From the IMG/VR virus record IMGVR_UViG_2751185671_000004, positions 32,001 through 96,000 of that record: DNA of 64,000 nt; one strand, given 5' to 3'. The notes beneath the pieces were generated by a model, which was not told where the DNA came from, did no database searches, and worked only from the letters and a program-made list of their open reading frames with translations. A program made the translations under genes and the position numbers. Every line of letters begins with the position of its first letter. Position 1 is the stretch's first letter. This stretch comes from a virus. Taxonomy: Duplodnaviria; Caudoviricetes. This document shows, in pieces, positions 20,581-30,811 of this stretch.

Positions 20581-21279
20581 ATGAAAAGAAAGAAATTAAT
20601 TCTTTTGCCCGGACTAGATGGGACGGGCAAATTGTTTAATGAGTTTTTAAATTATGCTGTAGATGTTGAAGTTATAGCTATTAGTTATCCCTACAACAAA
20701 ATACTATCATTTAGTCAGTACATTAAATTTATAGAATCAAGATTACCAAAAGACTCGGAAATCTTCTTACTCGCTGAATCCTTTTCAGGCCCATTAGCTG
20801 TTAATATTTTACTTAATAAGCAAATTAATATTTCTAGAGTTATATTCTGTGCGTCTTTTTCTGTATCTCCGTTTATCTATTTACTGAAGGCATTAAACTA
20901 TTATAGAAACATACTTCCAAACCCACATAATATACCGGACTCTCTAATTAAGCTATTCTGTGTTAACGGTGCTGAGCATTTAGTCAAAGAAGTTAAACAA
21001 GCTATACGATGTGTTGATCCGAAAGTTTTATTAAGTCGAGTAGCTCTACTATCAAAATTCGAAAAGAAAAAAATATTTATTGATAGTGATATAAGCCATG
21101 TTAAAGCATGTTATCTCATGGGGAAAAAAGACCGGTTGGTTTCAAGAAAATATGCTTTAAAGCTTAGTAAGTTTTTTTCTGATTTTGATATTTATGAAAT
21201 TAATGGCCCCCATTTTTTACTACAAAGCAACCCGTATGAATGCTGGAAATCAATCGAGTCCTTCATAAGTGATAATTGA
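20581..21279 (+). CDS. Alpha/beta hydrolase
   Basis: LPGLDGTG oxyanion region, AESFSG elbow, D in GKKDRLV, GPHFLLQ His. Confidence 0.85.
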   Translation: MKRKKLILLPGLDGTGKLFNEFLNYAVDVEVIAISYPYNKILSFSQYIKFIESRLPKDSEIFLLAESFSGPLAVNILLNKQINISRVIFCASFSVSPFIYLLKALNYYRNILPNPHNIPDSLIKLFCVNGAEHLVKEVKQAIRCVDPKVLLSRVALLSKFEKKKIFIDSDISHVKACYLMGKKDRLVSRKYALKLSKFFSDFDIYEINGPHFLLQSNPYECWKSIESFISDN

Positions 21280-21283
21280 TTTC

Positions 21284-21718
21284 TCAAGATATAAAAAATT
21301 CGACTTCTTCTTGTCGACGTTTCATTAACCCTTTCAGCTTTTTTCCGCCAGCCCACACCCATTTTTTTAGCTCATATGGAACACTATCATAGTCACTACG
21401 GTTTAGTTTTCTTCGTAGTGTAGAGCGCTGTAATGCACCTGATCCTAAATTAAAAGTAAAGGATACAAGGGCGTCAAATTGACCATCCGTTAAAGGTACA
21501 TTAATCAATTGGGTGACCGCTCTCTCTGCTGTTATTAAATCCTTTTTTAGTAGTTGCATGGCTTCTTCTTCAGTAACACCGTTACTAAAATCTTCATGAT
21601 CTCTGACTAAGTGGCCATAACCGATGGTCGGATAATTTGCGGGGCAAATATACACCGTTTTACTAAAGCCTTCATATTTTGTGATAAGGTCGATACCGGC
21701 TTGATTGGTTTTTCTCAT
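21284..21718 (-). CDS. Phage lysozyme (GH24)
   Basis: 'LITKYEGF...YICPANYPTIGYGH', 'QFDALVSFTFNLG', 'GLMKRRQEE'. Confidence 0.95.
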   Translation of the reverse strand: MRKTNQAGIDLITKYEGFSKTVYICPANYPTIGYGHLVRDHEDFSNGVTEEEAMQLLKKDLITAERAVTQLINVPLTDGQFDALVSFTFNLGSGALQRSTLRRKLNRSDYDSVPYELKKWVWAGGKKLKGLMKRRQEEVEFFIS

Positions 21719-21729
21719 AAGTTTTTTTC

Positions 21730-22191
21730 TTAATGTGACTGTCTAAATTTTGATAGCGCACGCTGACCGAACCAAAAACTAATCACTGCCGCGAATAGTG
21801 CTTGTGTCTCTGCATCCCAGATTTGGGGGAGCGCTTGATATAGGTGAATGTTGTGATCGGTAATGAGGATATAAAGTGTGCACGCTTTGACAGACGCGAA
21901 CAGGGTGAAAAATAAATAAGTAATTACTGGCCGCACGGATGCACGTAGTTGCCCTACCCATCCCGCATTAGATAAACTGGCATCATGTTTATGCAGCGCA
22001 AGGCTTTCGTGAATATCAGCTTGTACGGCAATCTCCTCCATTCGCTGTGAATGATTTCGCTGCATCTGTCTTAGTTGAAGAGCAAGGATTTTGAGTTCAT
22101 GCTGCCGGTCATGCTTATCTTGTATTAAGTCAAAAAACTTCGGTAGAGTACTAGAGATAAACCCTAAGAGGCTCGCGAAAAGTGTCAGCAT
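21730..22191 (-). CDS. Holin (GTA 3TM-like)
   Basis: 'SVRPVITY' and 'ISFWFGQR' motifs; adjacent to the lysozyme. Confidence 0.75.
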   Translation of the reverse strand: MLTLFASLLGFISSTLPKFFDLIQDKHDRQHELKILALQLRQMQRNHSQRMEEIAVQADIHESLALHKHDASLSNAGWVGQLRASVRPVITYLFFTLFASVKACTLYILITDHNIHLYQALPQIWDAETQALFAAVISFWFGQRALSKFRQSH

Positions 22192-22197
22192 TATTTT

Positions 22198-22470
22198 TTA
22201 TTCTCCAAATAATTTAAATTTAAGCGCAGTACCTGCAATCAAGGCGGCTAATATACTGGCAGTTAATAATCGGATTGTCGTTTGAAACGCTGTCTTTTTA
22301 GCAAGATTAAAAGCTCTTAAAAACGAACGCAGCTCTTTAATATCCTCAGCAGAGTTTTCATTATCGAGACCTATCGTATCCAGTGCATTTAATGCACCTT
22401 GTTCCGCTGCTTTACTGAGCAACATATCGAGTTCATGCTCTGTGAGGGTCTTTGTTTTTTGTTCAATCAT
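22198..22470 (-). CDS. DUF6127-like membrane protein of the lysis region
   Basis: 'AAEQGA..AL..IGL...A.EDIKELR' plus a C-terminal TM helix. Confidence 0.65.
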   Translation of the reverse strand: MIEQKTKTLTEHELDMLLSKAAEQGALNALDTIGLDNENSAEDIKELRSFLRAFNLAKKTAFQTTIRLLTASILAALIAGTALKFKLFGE

Positions 22471-22536
22471 AAGGGATTCTCTTTCATTAAAAAGATATTA
22501 TTGAGATAAAAATGAAGGTGTGTAGAGTAAGAGTCG

Positions 22537-23508
22537 TTATGAGTTAGGCGTTTCTGCATCAAGCCGTGTTGTAAAACCGCTATTATTGAGTTGATGTTCG
22601 ACGTGTTTAATCAACCATTCACTATTAATCGGCTCCCGAAAATTATCGAGCTGTAGTTTCCCCTCTGCTTGTAATCGAGTGTCACCGATTAATGTAAGTG
22701 ATAGTGTGGCTGAGCCTCGATTTAACGCCTTTAACTTAGCCTCTACTGCCCGTCGTGCTTCTTCCGCATTAGCGTAGCTATGCCGTAGAGTAAATGCAGG
22801 CTTTCCTTCACCGGCTGTTATAGGAATTTTTTGAGCCGCTTGCGTATCGTGCCAATGAGCAATAACTGTTTTGTATTTCCCTCGCTCAGCTTGTGTCAGT
22901 CGATGCTGTATCACATTTTTTTTATTGAGGTTAATGATGGGTAAATTTTTACCTGAAATAGCTTTTGAATCGCCTTCAACAACTATGATAAGACTTTTAT
23001 TAGCAAGCTTAGCTATAGCGCCATTCTTTTTTGCGAGCCGTGTTAAAAAATGAAGATCTGATTCTTCAGTCTGATCTTCATGGCTAATGTTTATGTTTGA
23101 AAGGACTTCTGCAATACGCGGAATGACATCATGCTCAGTGGCAATAGTTTTAACGATATCGCCCAGTAATACATTATCCCAACTTCGCGTTTTAGGGGCC
23201 TTAATACTTTTAATTGTATCCGTAGCCTTACCGCGTATTGTTAAGGTATCGGGCGGGCCTGCATGTGATATTTCATCAATAATGTAACGGCCAACATTCG
23301 TGAGTCGTGCATTGTTATATCCTAAGAATACAGTAAGCTCTTCCCCAATGACTGGCCATTGAATACGGTTATCTCGATCATCTAATTGAATCTCGACAGT
23401 ATCTGATTTTATACCGGCTTCGTCTGTTACTCTTAAGGAGATTAATCGATCTTTAAGTATTGCTGTGATATCTATTGTGTTTGTAATGACTTTAAAATCT
23501 GGTGTCAT
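22537..23508 (-). CDS. Phage late control/baseplate hub protein (P2 gpD-like)
   Basis: 'RLISLRVTDEAGIKSD', 'QTEESDLHFLTRLA'. Confidence 0.9.
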   Translation of the reverse strand: MTPDFKVITNTIDITAILKDRLISLRVTDEAGIKSDTVEIQLDDRDNRIQWPVIGEELTVFLGYNNARLTNVGRYIIDEISHAGPPDTLTIRGKATDTIKSIKAPKTRSWDNVLLGDIVKTIATEHDVIPRIAEVLSNINISHEDQTEESDLHFLTRLAKKNGAIAKLANKSLIIVVEGDSKAISGKNLPIINLNKKNVIQHRLTQAERGKYKTVIAHWHDTQAAQKIPITAGEGKPAFTLRHSYANAEEARRAVEAKLKALNRGSATLSLTLIGDTRLQAEGKLQLDNFREPINSEWLIKHVEHQLNNSGFTTRLDAETPNS

Positions 23509-23526
23509 AATTAATTTTTGACTGTA

Positions 23527-23736
23527 TTAATCCCACAAGCGAATATCACCTGTCTTTTGATTAAGCTCTGGAAAGTCAGGTAATGTTATTATTATCCCTG
23601 CCGGCAATAACGCCGGTTGTTGAGATAATTTAGGATTAACATCGAGTACAGCTTCAACATAACGCGATGTTTCACCATAGTATTGATAGCAAATAGTATC
23701 TAATCGATCACCGTCTTTTGTCCTATAGTGAGTCAT
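23527..23736 (-). CDS. Tail protein X (LysM-like)
   Basis: 'TKDGDRLDTICYQYYG...NP.L....LPAG..I.LP...RLWD'. Confidence 0.9.
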   Translation of the reverse strand: MTHYRTKDGDRLDTICYQYYGETSRYVEAVLDVNPKLSQQPALLPAGIIITLPDFPELNQKTGDIRLWD

Positions 23737-24118
23737 CGCCGTATCGTCCTAGATTAATCGTGAATGTTATTTTCCTTGGTAACCCATTAGCAGTAAAAAA
23801 TGTCTGTGTTTCCTCAATGCTTAATGCCACCCAATTTCCCCAGGCGATACCTTTTCCATCGACCATAATCAGTGGTTCACCATTACCCGCTAATGCTTTC
23901 AATTTCTCTATTTGATTTAATCCGCCTTTGTAGTGAGGCAAGATCATGCCTGTTAAATTTATTGTTTCTTCACCAAGGCCGATAAACTGCCTTGCTGGTC
24001 GGGCGTCTAGTCGCTCAACACTTGACCATCGATAGGCACAATTTCTTTTAAGCTCGCTGTAAGCCGCAGTATCTAGAGAAAATCTAAAATTACCCAGCGC
24101 TAACATTGTTTCACTCAT
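23723..24118 (-). CDS. Tail protein (P2 gpU-like)
   Basis: 'MLALGNFRFSLDTAAY', 'QFIGLGEETINLTG'. Confidence 0.9.
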   Translation of the reverse strand: MSETMLALGNFRFSLDTAAYSELKRNCAYRWSSVERLDARPARQFIGLGEETINLTGMILPHYKGGLNQIEKLKALAGNGEPLIMVDGKGIAWGNWVALSIEETQTFFTANGLPRKITFTINLGRYGDDSL

Positions 24119-24120
24119 TA

Positions 24121-26451
24121 TTATTCTACTCCATCAAAAAGGTTTCCTCGGCGTTCTGCTTCGGCTCTGGCTTGCCGTTCATCTAACACTCGTTGTACTT
24201 CATTACCGACAGCCACAGCATCCATGTTAGGTGTTGTGTTAATTGTGATAGGCGCGTCTATACGCACCGCCTGTGTATTCTGAATACTAGCCGGACTTAG
24301 ATTATCGGGAAGTTCTGTTGTCGATAGTGGCGCTACTAGTGCGGTCGTAGTGGTAATCGCTGTACCAAGGGCAGCGGTTTTAACAGCATTATTTGTTTTC
24401 GCAATTTTATCTTGTAGCTCATTATTCTCATCACTACCGAAAACGAAAGATGCCACTTGGCCGAGTAGTTCAAACGGCAGCATTAATAAGGAAATTTTAT
24501 CAATTAGCCATGTAACCGCTTCAACCGTATTTTCTTTAATGCTTTCCCATATACTACTAAAAAAATTACTTACAGTGTCCCAGTGAGAGACGAGTAGTAC
24601 ACCGGCTGTGATTAATGAACCTATGCCTATAACGATTAAGCTAATCGGGTTAGCTGAGAGTGCAAGGTTCCAAGCCCATTGCGCGGCAGTGATAATCTTT
24701 GTTTTTAGTGCGGCTAATGTTGCTATTGTATTGAATCGAATAAACCCTAGCTGAGCCAAAGTAAACGCGGCTGAGAGTGTCCTATACGCAGTAACAAGCG
24801 ATAAAACACCCCCGTGTAAAAAAGTAAAGGCAAAAGCCCCAGCAATGGTCACAACTTTTAGAGTAGCAAGACCCACAGTTATTCCGACCACCCATTTTGT
24901 TAATGTCGGGAATGCTTGTGCGAAAGACGATACACCCCTGGCAACGGTGGCGAATCCCTTTGCCAATGATGCAATAGTCGGTAGTAAGACACTGCCGACA
25001 CTAATCGCCACACTCTCTAAAGCGCTACCCAGTGTTTTTAACGCCCCTGCCGTCGTGTCATTCATTTTTTGAGCAACGGCTTGTGCCGTGACTTGTTGAT
25101 TAACGAGATCTTGTATTTTTTGTTCTAAATTATTATTGGTTCCATCGTTAGCCTCATCAAACGTTTGCACTTGTTTGATAAGTTCAATCATTGCTGCCGA
25201 CGCTTCTTTACCAAATATTTTTGATATGATTTCTGCTTGTTCACCAGTGCCTAAATTCTGCGTAGCTTGTGCGACCTCTTCCAATATTTCGGGCATTGAG
25301 CGTAAATCGCCATTGGCGTTCTTAGTTTCAACGCCTAACTCTGCTAAAGCATCAGCAGCCATCCTTGGTGGAGCGGCTAATCGCAGGAAAGCAGAACGTA
25401 GAGCCGTGCCTGCCAGTGATCCGTGTAAGCCGACATCGCCTAATAATGCCGATATCGCGGCAACTTCTTCAATACTTGCACCAACACTGCTCGCGACAGG
25501 TGCTACAAATTTCATGGTTTCGCCAAGGCTTTCCAGTGTTGTATTCGATGTTGTAAATGTCCCAACTAATACATTCCCTACACGGTTCATCTCACTCGCC
25601 TCAAGGGCAAACCCACTCAGAATATTCGAGGCAATATCAGCAGATTGGCCAAGATCCGTCCCTGCCGCTTGGGCTAAATCTAAAACACCCGCTGTTGCCT
25701 GTAAGATTTGACCAGCGTTAAACCCTGACATCGCCAAGAATTTCATGGCAGAGGCAGATTCGGTGGCAGAAAAAGAGGTACTCGCCCCTAGGCGTTCCGC
25801 TTCGTCAGATAACCCTTGTAACACTTGTCCTTCAGTTCTTGAAATAGCCCCTAAGGTAGCAATAGATTGTTCAAAATCAATGGCGACATTTAAGGGCGTA
25901 GCAACGGTTGCCCCTATAGCCGCTGCATCAAATAGCTGCCCTCGTAACTCTGAACGTCTATTCGCATTTTGTTGCTGCGCTCGTATTGCTTGGCCAAGAC
26001 GTTGGTACTGCGCTGTTAATCGTGTAACAGAAGCACCTAAACGTGTATTATCCCGCGTTAAATCATTGGCAGAGAGTCCCGCCTGATCAAGGCTTTGTCG
26101 TGCACGCTGTAACCTTTCACGCTGTGTTTGTAAACGTTGGGATAAACGATTAGCCCGTTCTTGGGCTCGATTAAATTCACGGGTAAGTGAAGCGGTGGGT
26201 GCATCCGTTTGCGCTATTTCTCGACGAAGACGTGTGACATCACGTGCAGCCCGTTGATACTCGACCCGCGCTCCACCAACATTGGCCTCCGCCAATTGAA
26301 ACCGGCTAATAGCGCGTTGCTTCCCTTGTAAGTTATCCAGTGCAGAGCCGAGCAAGTTTAATTGGGTACGACTGCCTCTCACTGATGAACTCAACGAACC
26401 TGACACCGTTGCACCAATGTGCATAGCGAGTTTAAATACCGATGTAGCCAT
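24121..26451 (-). CDS. Tail tape measure protein (TP901 family)
   Basis: Coiled-coil N-terminus, 'LGASTSFSATESASAMKFLAMSGF', 'NTTLESLGETMKFVAPVA', 'ANPISLIV'. Confidence 0.93.
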   Translation of the reverse strand: MATSVFKLAMHIGATVSGSLSSSVRGSRTQLNLLGSALDNLQGKQRAISRFQLAEANVGGARVEYQRAARDVTRLRREIAQTDAPTASLTREFNRAQERANRLSQRLQTQRERLQRARQSLDQAGLSANDLTRDNTRLGASVTRLTAQYQRLGQAIRAQQQNANRRSELRGQLFDAAAIGATVATPLNVAIDFEQSIATLGAISRTEGQVLQGLSDEAERLGASTSFSATESASAMKFLAMSGFNAGQILQATAGVLDLAQAAGTDLGQSADIASNILSGFALEASEMNRVGNVLVGTFTTSNTTLESLGETMKFVAPVASSVGASIEEVAAISALLGDVGLHGSLAGTALRSAFLRLAAPPRMAADALAELGVETKNANGDLRSMPEILEEVAQATQNLGTGEQAEIISKIFGKEASAAMIELIKQVQTFDEANDGTNNNLEQKIQDLVNQQVTAQAVAQKMNDTTAGALKTLGSALESVAISVGSVLLPTIASLAKGFATVARGVSSFAQAFPTLTKWVVGITVGLATLKVVTIAGAFAFTFLHGGVLSLVTAYRTLSAAFTLAQLGFIRFNTIATLAALKTKIITAAQWAWNLALSANPISLIVIGIGSLITAGVLLVSHWDTVSNFFSSIWESIKENTVEAVTWLIDKISLLMLPFELLGQVASFVFGSDENNELQDKIAKTNNAVKTAALGTAITTTTALVAPLSTTELPDNLSPASIQNTQAVRIDAPITINTTPNMDAVAVGNEVQRVLDERQARAEAERRGNLFDGVE

Positions 26452-26519
26452 GTGTTTTTGTATCTTCTTCGTGTATTTTTGTTTTTACTTTTTTTGTTTT
26501 TTTATTCTTTTTATTTTTT

Positions 26520-26656
26520 TTATCTTTGCTGAGGTAAAACATCGAGCCATTGCATCAGCTCGCTTATGTCAAGTTCGAGAAGTTCAGAGAGTGGCCAGCT
26601 AGTATGGCTTGCCAAGATGACGCAAGCGCGCCGGGTATCATGAGGGCTTAAGACAA
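26520..26656 (-). CDS. GpE'-like -1 frameshift extension of the tail assembly chaperone
   Basis: The -1 frame after TTTTTTG reads VLSPHDTRRACVILASHTSWPLSELLELDISELMQWLDVLPQQR*, a P2 GpE-type W..SE...EL..W pattern. Confidence 0.8.
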
Positions 26657-26911
26657 AAAATCTTGGTAGGCAGTTTGTAATTTAGAATAATCAGGGAGAT
26701 CTAATTCATGAGTCGCATCTGGGGGGATCTCACAAAGATTGGCCAGTAAAAAGATTTCTCTTTCGGCATCGCTCGTCGCGATCTTATCCGCTGCCAACAT
26801 ATCTTTGACTTTCGGACAACGCATACTCAGCGCTGCGACCTTAACGCCGTCAATCTCAATGGGGTCAGTCAATGGAATAGATTTTTTACTACGATCCGTT
26901 TTTTTTGCCAT
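26648..26911 (-). CDS. Tail assembly chaperone (gpE/FluMu gp41-like)
   Basis: 'PLTDPIEIDG...LSMRCPKVKD...LANLCE...LDLPDY'; ends with slippery GATTTTTTG. Confidence 0.88.
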   Translation of the reverse strand: MAKKTDRSKKSIPLTDPIEIDGVKVAALSMRCPKVKDMLAADKIATSDAEREIFLLANLCEIPPDATHELDLPDYSKLQTAYQDFLS

Positions 26912-26913
26912 CG

Positions 26914-27213
26914 TTATAATGCCTCCTTTTTAGTTGTGGTTCGTGTTTTGGGTATGGGGGATAAAATACGTTTAAGCTCGTCGATTTCCTTCGATATCAC
27001 ATCAATGCGATCGCGAATAAGCGTGTCAGCACGATTTTTATCAAGCGTTAGAAAACCACCATTAACATAGGGGCGTGCCATGTGTTTATTCAATTGCATT
27101 TCACTCCCAATTTTCTTTCTTACATTACCGATAAAAAAGGGTTTAATAACATAATAAGTGTTTTCTATGTTTTCTATACGTTCTTTTTTTTCTGTATTTT
27201 CTGTTTCTTTCAT
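26914..27213 (-). CDS. Hypothetical phage protein
   Basis: 99 aa, co-oriented between the tube and chaperone genes; GGAG RBS. Confidence 0.55.
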   Translation of the reverse strand: MKETENTEKKERIENIENTYYVIKPFFIGNVRKKIGSEMQLNKHMARPYVNGGFLTLDKNRADTLIRDRIDVISKEIDELKRILSPIPKTRTTTKKEAL

Positions 27214-27329
27214 CGATATAAAAACTCCAGTGTGTTTGTGATGAATTAAAAAGTTAAGAAAGGAATTAAAGTTTTAACAATAAAAAGGAAAGGGTTAATA
27301 GGTTAGGATTAAAATCAAACGATATAGGA

Positions 27330-27833
27330 TTATTGTCCGAGAATACCGCGTATTTGAGCGAGTTGATCCACGCCGTTCACAATACGAATCATATTAGGGA
27401 TGTCAATTTGGTGAACGATGGCGGCACCGTGGGTCAATTTGTAAAACCGAACAGAGACCATACATTTTAATGTGGTTTTCTCACCCGGTTTCCATGTACC
27501 GTAATCCAGCTCTTTAATCTGTCCATGTAAATTAACGATAACCGGTTGTGTAGCTCCATTGTCAGACACTACCGCCCCGCGAATGGTGAGCGGAATAATT
27601 TGCCCAGGAGCGAGACCAAATAGCGTTAACAGGTTACGGTCAAAGCGCGTGAGCGTAAATTCCGCTTCGAGCTTTTCCATTCCCATTTCAATATCTATGG
27701 GGGAATCCATCCCGCCGTTTCTATATTCCTCCATTTTCATAGTAAGCTTAGGTAATACAAGTTCTTCCACATTACCCGCGTAACCACGGCCATCGACATA
27801 GAGCGCCATGTTTTTTAAAATATCATCTAACAT
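27330..27833 (-). CDS. Major tail tube protein (FII)
   Basis: 'LYVDGRGYAG.VEEL.LPKLT.KMEEYR.GGMD...MGMEKLE'. Confidence 0.95.
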   Translation of the reverse strand: MLDDILKNMALYVDGRGYAGNVEELVLPKLTMKMEEYRNGGMDSPIDIEMGMEKLEAEFTLTRFDRNLLTLFGLAPGQIIPLTIRGAVVSDNGATQPVIVNLHGQIKELDYGTWKPGEKTTLKCMVSVRFYKLTHGAAIVHQIDIPNMIRIVNGVDQLAQIRGILGQ

Positions 27834-27888
27834 TTTTTATTTTCTTAATAAGATTCTTTTTAATAAAAAGAGGAATTTATGTGTGCAC

Positions 27889-29043
27889 TTAAATCAGTGG
27901 TAAAACTTCAACGAGATAATCATTCACTAATTGGCTGCGGAACGTAATACGCTCGGCGGGGTAGGGTGGCGTAAAATCAAAATCGATCTGTACATGACCT
28001 TCGGCGATTCGCTCAGGTGTATTACGCTCAGGATCGGCCCACGCTTGGCCGTTAATAATCGCGCCCTGCGTTTTTAAATTACGTAGGAATGCGTTAACAC
28101 CCTCTACTACATCATCCAGATAGGTTTTTGTAATGCCGCGATCTACCGCCCAAAGATGTGCTCGCAGTAGAGATTCATTAATAATATCGGCAGTTCTACG
28201 CACACTTAAAAATGCCCACTTAGGATCAGAAGAGCAAGAACGATTACCCCACAACCGAAAGCCGGTTTTTCGAATGATGGTGGCCACTTCATTTTCATTT
28301 AAACGATTCGCTCGTGAATTAATATCCCCAAACTCAAAATCTACCGCACGGGCAGGCCCCACAATACCCCGTATTTCTTGATTAGATGGTGAATTCCAAA
28401 AGCCGCGTTCATCATCCGACTTTGCGATTAATCCTGCTACGCGGGCACTCGCCGGTCTCAGTATCTCTGTTAATGTCGCTGTATCAAATACACGTACCCA
28501 GGGGTCTATAATATACAGTCGTGGACTACCAAATAAATTTCTATAGTCAATAACATCGGTATCCGTAGTATTAGGGCCATCAGCAATGACTACAGCGCGT
28601 AAACGCTCTGCCACAGTTAATAGTGATTCTACATTCGTTTGAATATGCGTAAATTCAGGCGCGACTAAAATTCTTGGTGTAATACTAAGTTCACTTTCTG
28701 AGGATAAAAACGCAGATACACCAATATATTGGCCCGTAGTATCATCCACACCGTCAGGTAAGGTGGGCGGTGATCCTGCCGTAGACTCAGGAACACGTAT
28801 CACCACAATCATTGCGCCTGTTTGGTCAAAGATATCATCGATAGCAGCAGGTAAAGTACCTGTAGTCCCTAGCCCTATAGTATCGCCTCTGCGGCCTGCG
28901 ATGAGCTTAGGTGTATGTAAGGGCCATCGTTCGTCAGCGTCAGGCGCTGTACCAATTAAGCCAATAATAGAAGAGCGTGCGGTACGTATAGGCCGTGGCC
29001 CTGTATCAATCTCTACGACCTCCACACCATGTAAAAAAGGCAT
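27889..29043 (-). CDS. Tail sheath protein (FI)
   Basis: 'FLHGVEV.E...GPRPI', 'GFWNSPSN', 'GFRLWGNR', 'DFTPPYPAE'. Confidence 0.95.
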   Translation of the reverse strand: MPFLHGVEVVEIDTGPRPIRTARSSIIGLIGTAPDADERWPLHTPKLIAGRRGDTIGLGTTGTLPAAIDDIFDQTGAMIVVIRVPESTAGSPPTLPDGVDDTTGQYIGVSAFLSSESELSITPRILVAPEFTHIQTNVESLLTVAERLRAVVIADGPNTTDTDVIDYRNLFGSPRLYIIDPWVRVFDTATLTEILRPASARVAGLIAKSDDERGFWNSPSNQEIRGIVGPARAVDFEFGDINSRANRLNENEVATIIRKTGFRLWGNRSCSSDPKWAFLSVRRTADIINESLLRAHLWAVDRGITKTYLDDVVEGVNAFLRNLKTQGAIINGQAWADPERNTPERIAEGHVQIDFDFTPPYPAERITFRSQLVNDYLVEVLPLI

Positions 29044-29172
29044 TGTTAAGCCTCCCTAGTAAAATAGAAATAACTATAAAAATAAATAATGGGTTAAAAA
29101 TAAGACGATGGATGTAAAAGAACAAAAGGTATAAAAGAACTAAAAACTATCTAAGGTCTGTGAATCTCACAA

Positions 29173-29529
29173 CTAAGGGGTGATGGAATGAAGGACTGAT
29201 AATTCTTGTTTGCGACTATTTACCCAGTCTTCACAATGCTCAATAAAAGCATTCATTTTTTGAACGTCAGAATCGCTCCCTTTACGTAGGAGGCTCACTT
29301 GTTTTGTGAGTGGGTAATACTTTTTGATATGTTGTTCACATAAGCGAATTCTCACATCTTTATTTTTGATGTCTTGCTTATCATTTGCCGGAACAACCTT
29401 ACCCTTAATATAATAATCCCCGGGTATGATATGCTTATCGCCCTCGTATTCTACCCACGTATTACTAGAGGAACATTGATGGCTATGTATACCTTCAATC
29501 CTATTATCGTTGTTAATTTCTAACCACAT
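29173..29529 (-). CDS. Probable tail fibre assembly protein
   Basis: Position directly after the fibre gene; 'HIKKYYPLTKQ'. Confidence 0.55.
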   Translation of the reverse strand: MWLEINNDNRIEGIHSHQCSSSNTWVEYEGDKHIIPGDYYIKGKVVPANDKQDIKNKDVRIRLCEQHIKKYYPLTKQVSLLRKGSDSDVQKMNAFIEHCEDWVNSRKQELSVLHSITP

Positions 29530-29535
29530 GTGTAT

Positions 29536-30702
29536 TTATCGTCTCCATATTGCTAAATAATTAATATAAGAACCAGCGCCCGCGCCGTCCGCTCGGTTTT
29601 CTGAGTTCGCACAGATTACACGCATACTGTCTCGCCGTTGTGTCCAGCGGCACCATAAAATGTCATTGCCGTCGACGGTTCCCCCGAATAAGATAATGCC
29701 GATACTGGCTATAAATCCTTGTAGATTTGCCATCGTAAATCCGGCAGGTGGGAATACATCCGCAAAATTAGCATTAAAGTTATTTAAATCGTTTGGGTCT
29801 CCTGATTTTCTGGCAATAGTCCTCACAAACCCTTGTGTCATGATCGTATCCGAGCGTTGTAAATATCGACTGTCATGATGGTGATTAATAAGGCTATAGC
29901 GCTGGTTGTTGCGGCTATCGTGATTATGATTGATATCACTGTATTGGTTATTATGATTGTGCCCTATACGACTATAACGTCCATCATTACGTGTATCGTG
30001 ATTATGATTAATGGCACTGTATTGAGTATTGTGGTTGTGATTAATTAGACTGTACTGCCCGTTATGATTATGACTAAGGGCACTGTAGCGTTGATCATTT
30101 CGCGTATCGTGATTGTGATCGATGGAGCTATAAATAGTATTGTGATTATGGTTACTTAACGCATAACGGGCATCACCATGTGCTCTGGTAACAGCAGGAG
30201 ACATAACAACCGTCTCTAATGTTCCGGCAATCGCTTCTGCTTGCGTCGCAAAACGTACTACGCCAATCACCGTCTCCGTAGCTGGGGGTAAATTAATGCC
30301 CCCCGTGCCTACCACTTCCACACTATCTTCAGGGAGTGCAGACAACACAAAATCAAGCGCTAACAAAAGATCCACATCGGCAGCTTTAAACGCTAACGCT
30401 TGCGTGGGATGGCTCCATACGGCTAATACAGTGCCATCATCTAAAATAAAGGCGATTTCTCTCACCCAATATTCCACAGCCCCATTTTCAATAGCTGTCA
30501 CATGAATTTGTGTCGGGCTAATGCGGCTACCGTTACTTATCGGTACGCGTGTGCGTTCATTTTGTAAAGCCGTTGCGGTGTTATCGGGCTGCCAGCCGGT
30601 ATCGCCGAAAGCGACATGCGTTAGCCTAGCGGATAGTCCATCATTAGTAGCATTAAATACAGCGCTTAATCCGGCAGTCGTAATAATAGGAATTAAATTC
30701 AT
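29536..30702 (-). CDS. Tail fibre protein with HxH repeat shaft
   Basis: DUF3751-like N-terminus, 'PATETVIGVVRFATQAEA', eight YS..xHxH repeats, C-terminal receptor-binding-like domain. Confidence 0.88.
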   Translation of the reverse strand: MNLIPIITTAGLSAVFNATNDGLSARLTHVAFGDTGWQPDNTATALQNERTRVPISNGSRISPTQIHVTAIENGAVEYWVREIAFILDDGTVLAVWSHPTQALAFKAADVDLLLALDFVLSALPEDSVEVVGTGGINLPPATETVIGVVRFATQAEAIAGTLETVVMSPAVTRAHGDARYALSNHNHNTIYSSIDHNHDTRNDQRYSALSHNHNGQYSLINHNHNTQYSAINHNHDTRNDGRYSRIGHNHNNQYSDINHNHDSRNNQRYSLINHHHDSRYLQRSDTIMTQGFVRTIARKSGDPNDLNNFNANFADVFPPAGFTMANLQGFIASIGIILFGGTVDGNDILWCRWTQRRDSMRVICANSENRADGAGAGSYINYLAIWRR

Positions 30703-30811
30703 ACAGTGAAAATCTTGAAAGTAAAAAAGAAGAATAAAAAAGAAAAAGGAGTAAAATAAGAAAGAGTAAGATAATAAAAAATAAATAAAAGTTATCAGTA
30801 GTAGATAGAAG

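Noticed and set aside
29536-30702. Diversity-generating retroelement or invertible fibre cassette
   Set aside because: No reverse transcriptase, template repeat or DNA invertase seen.
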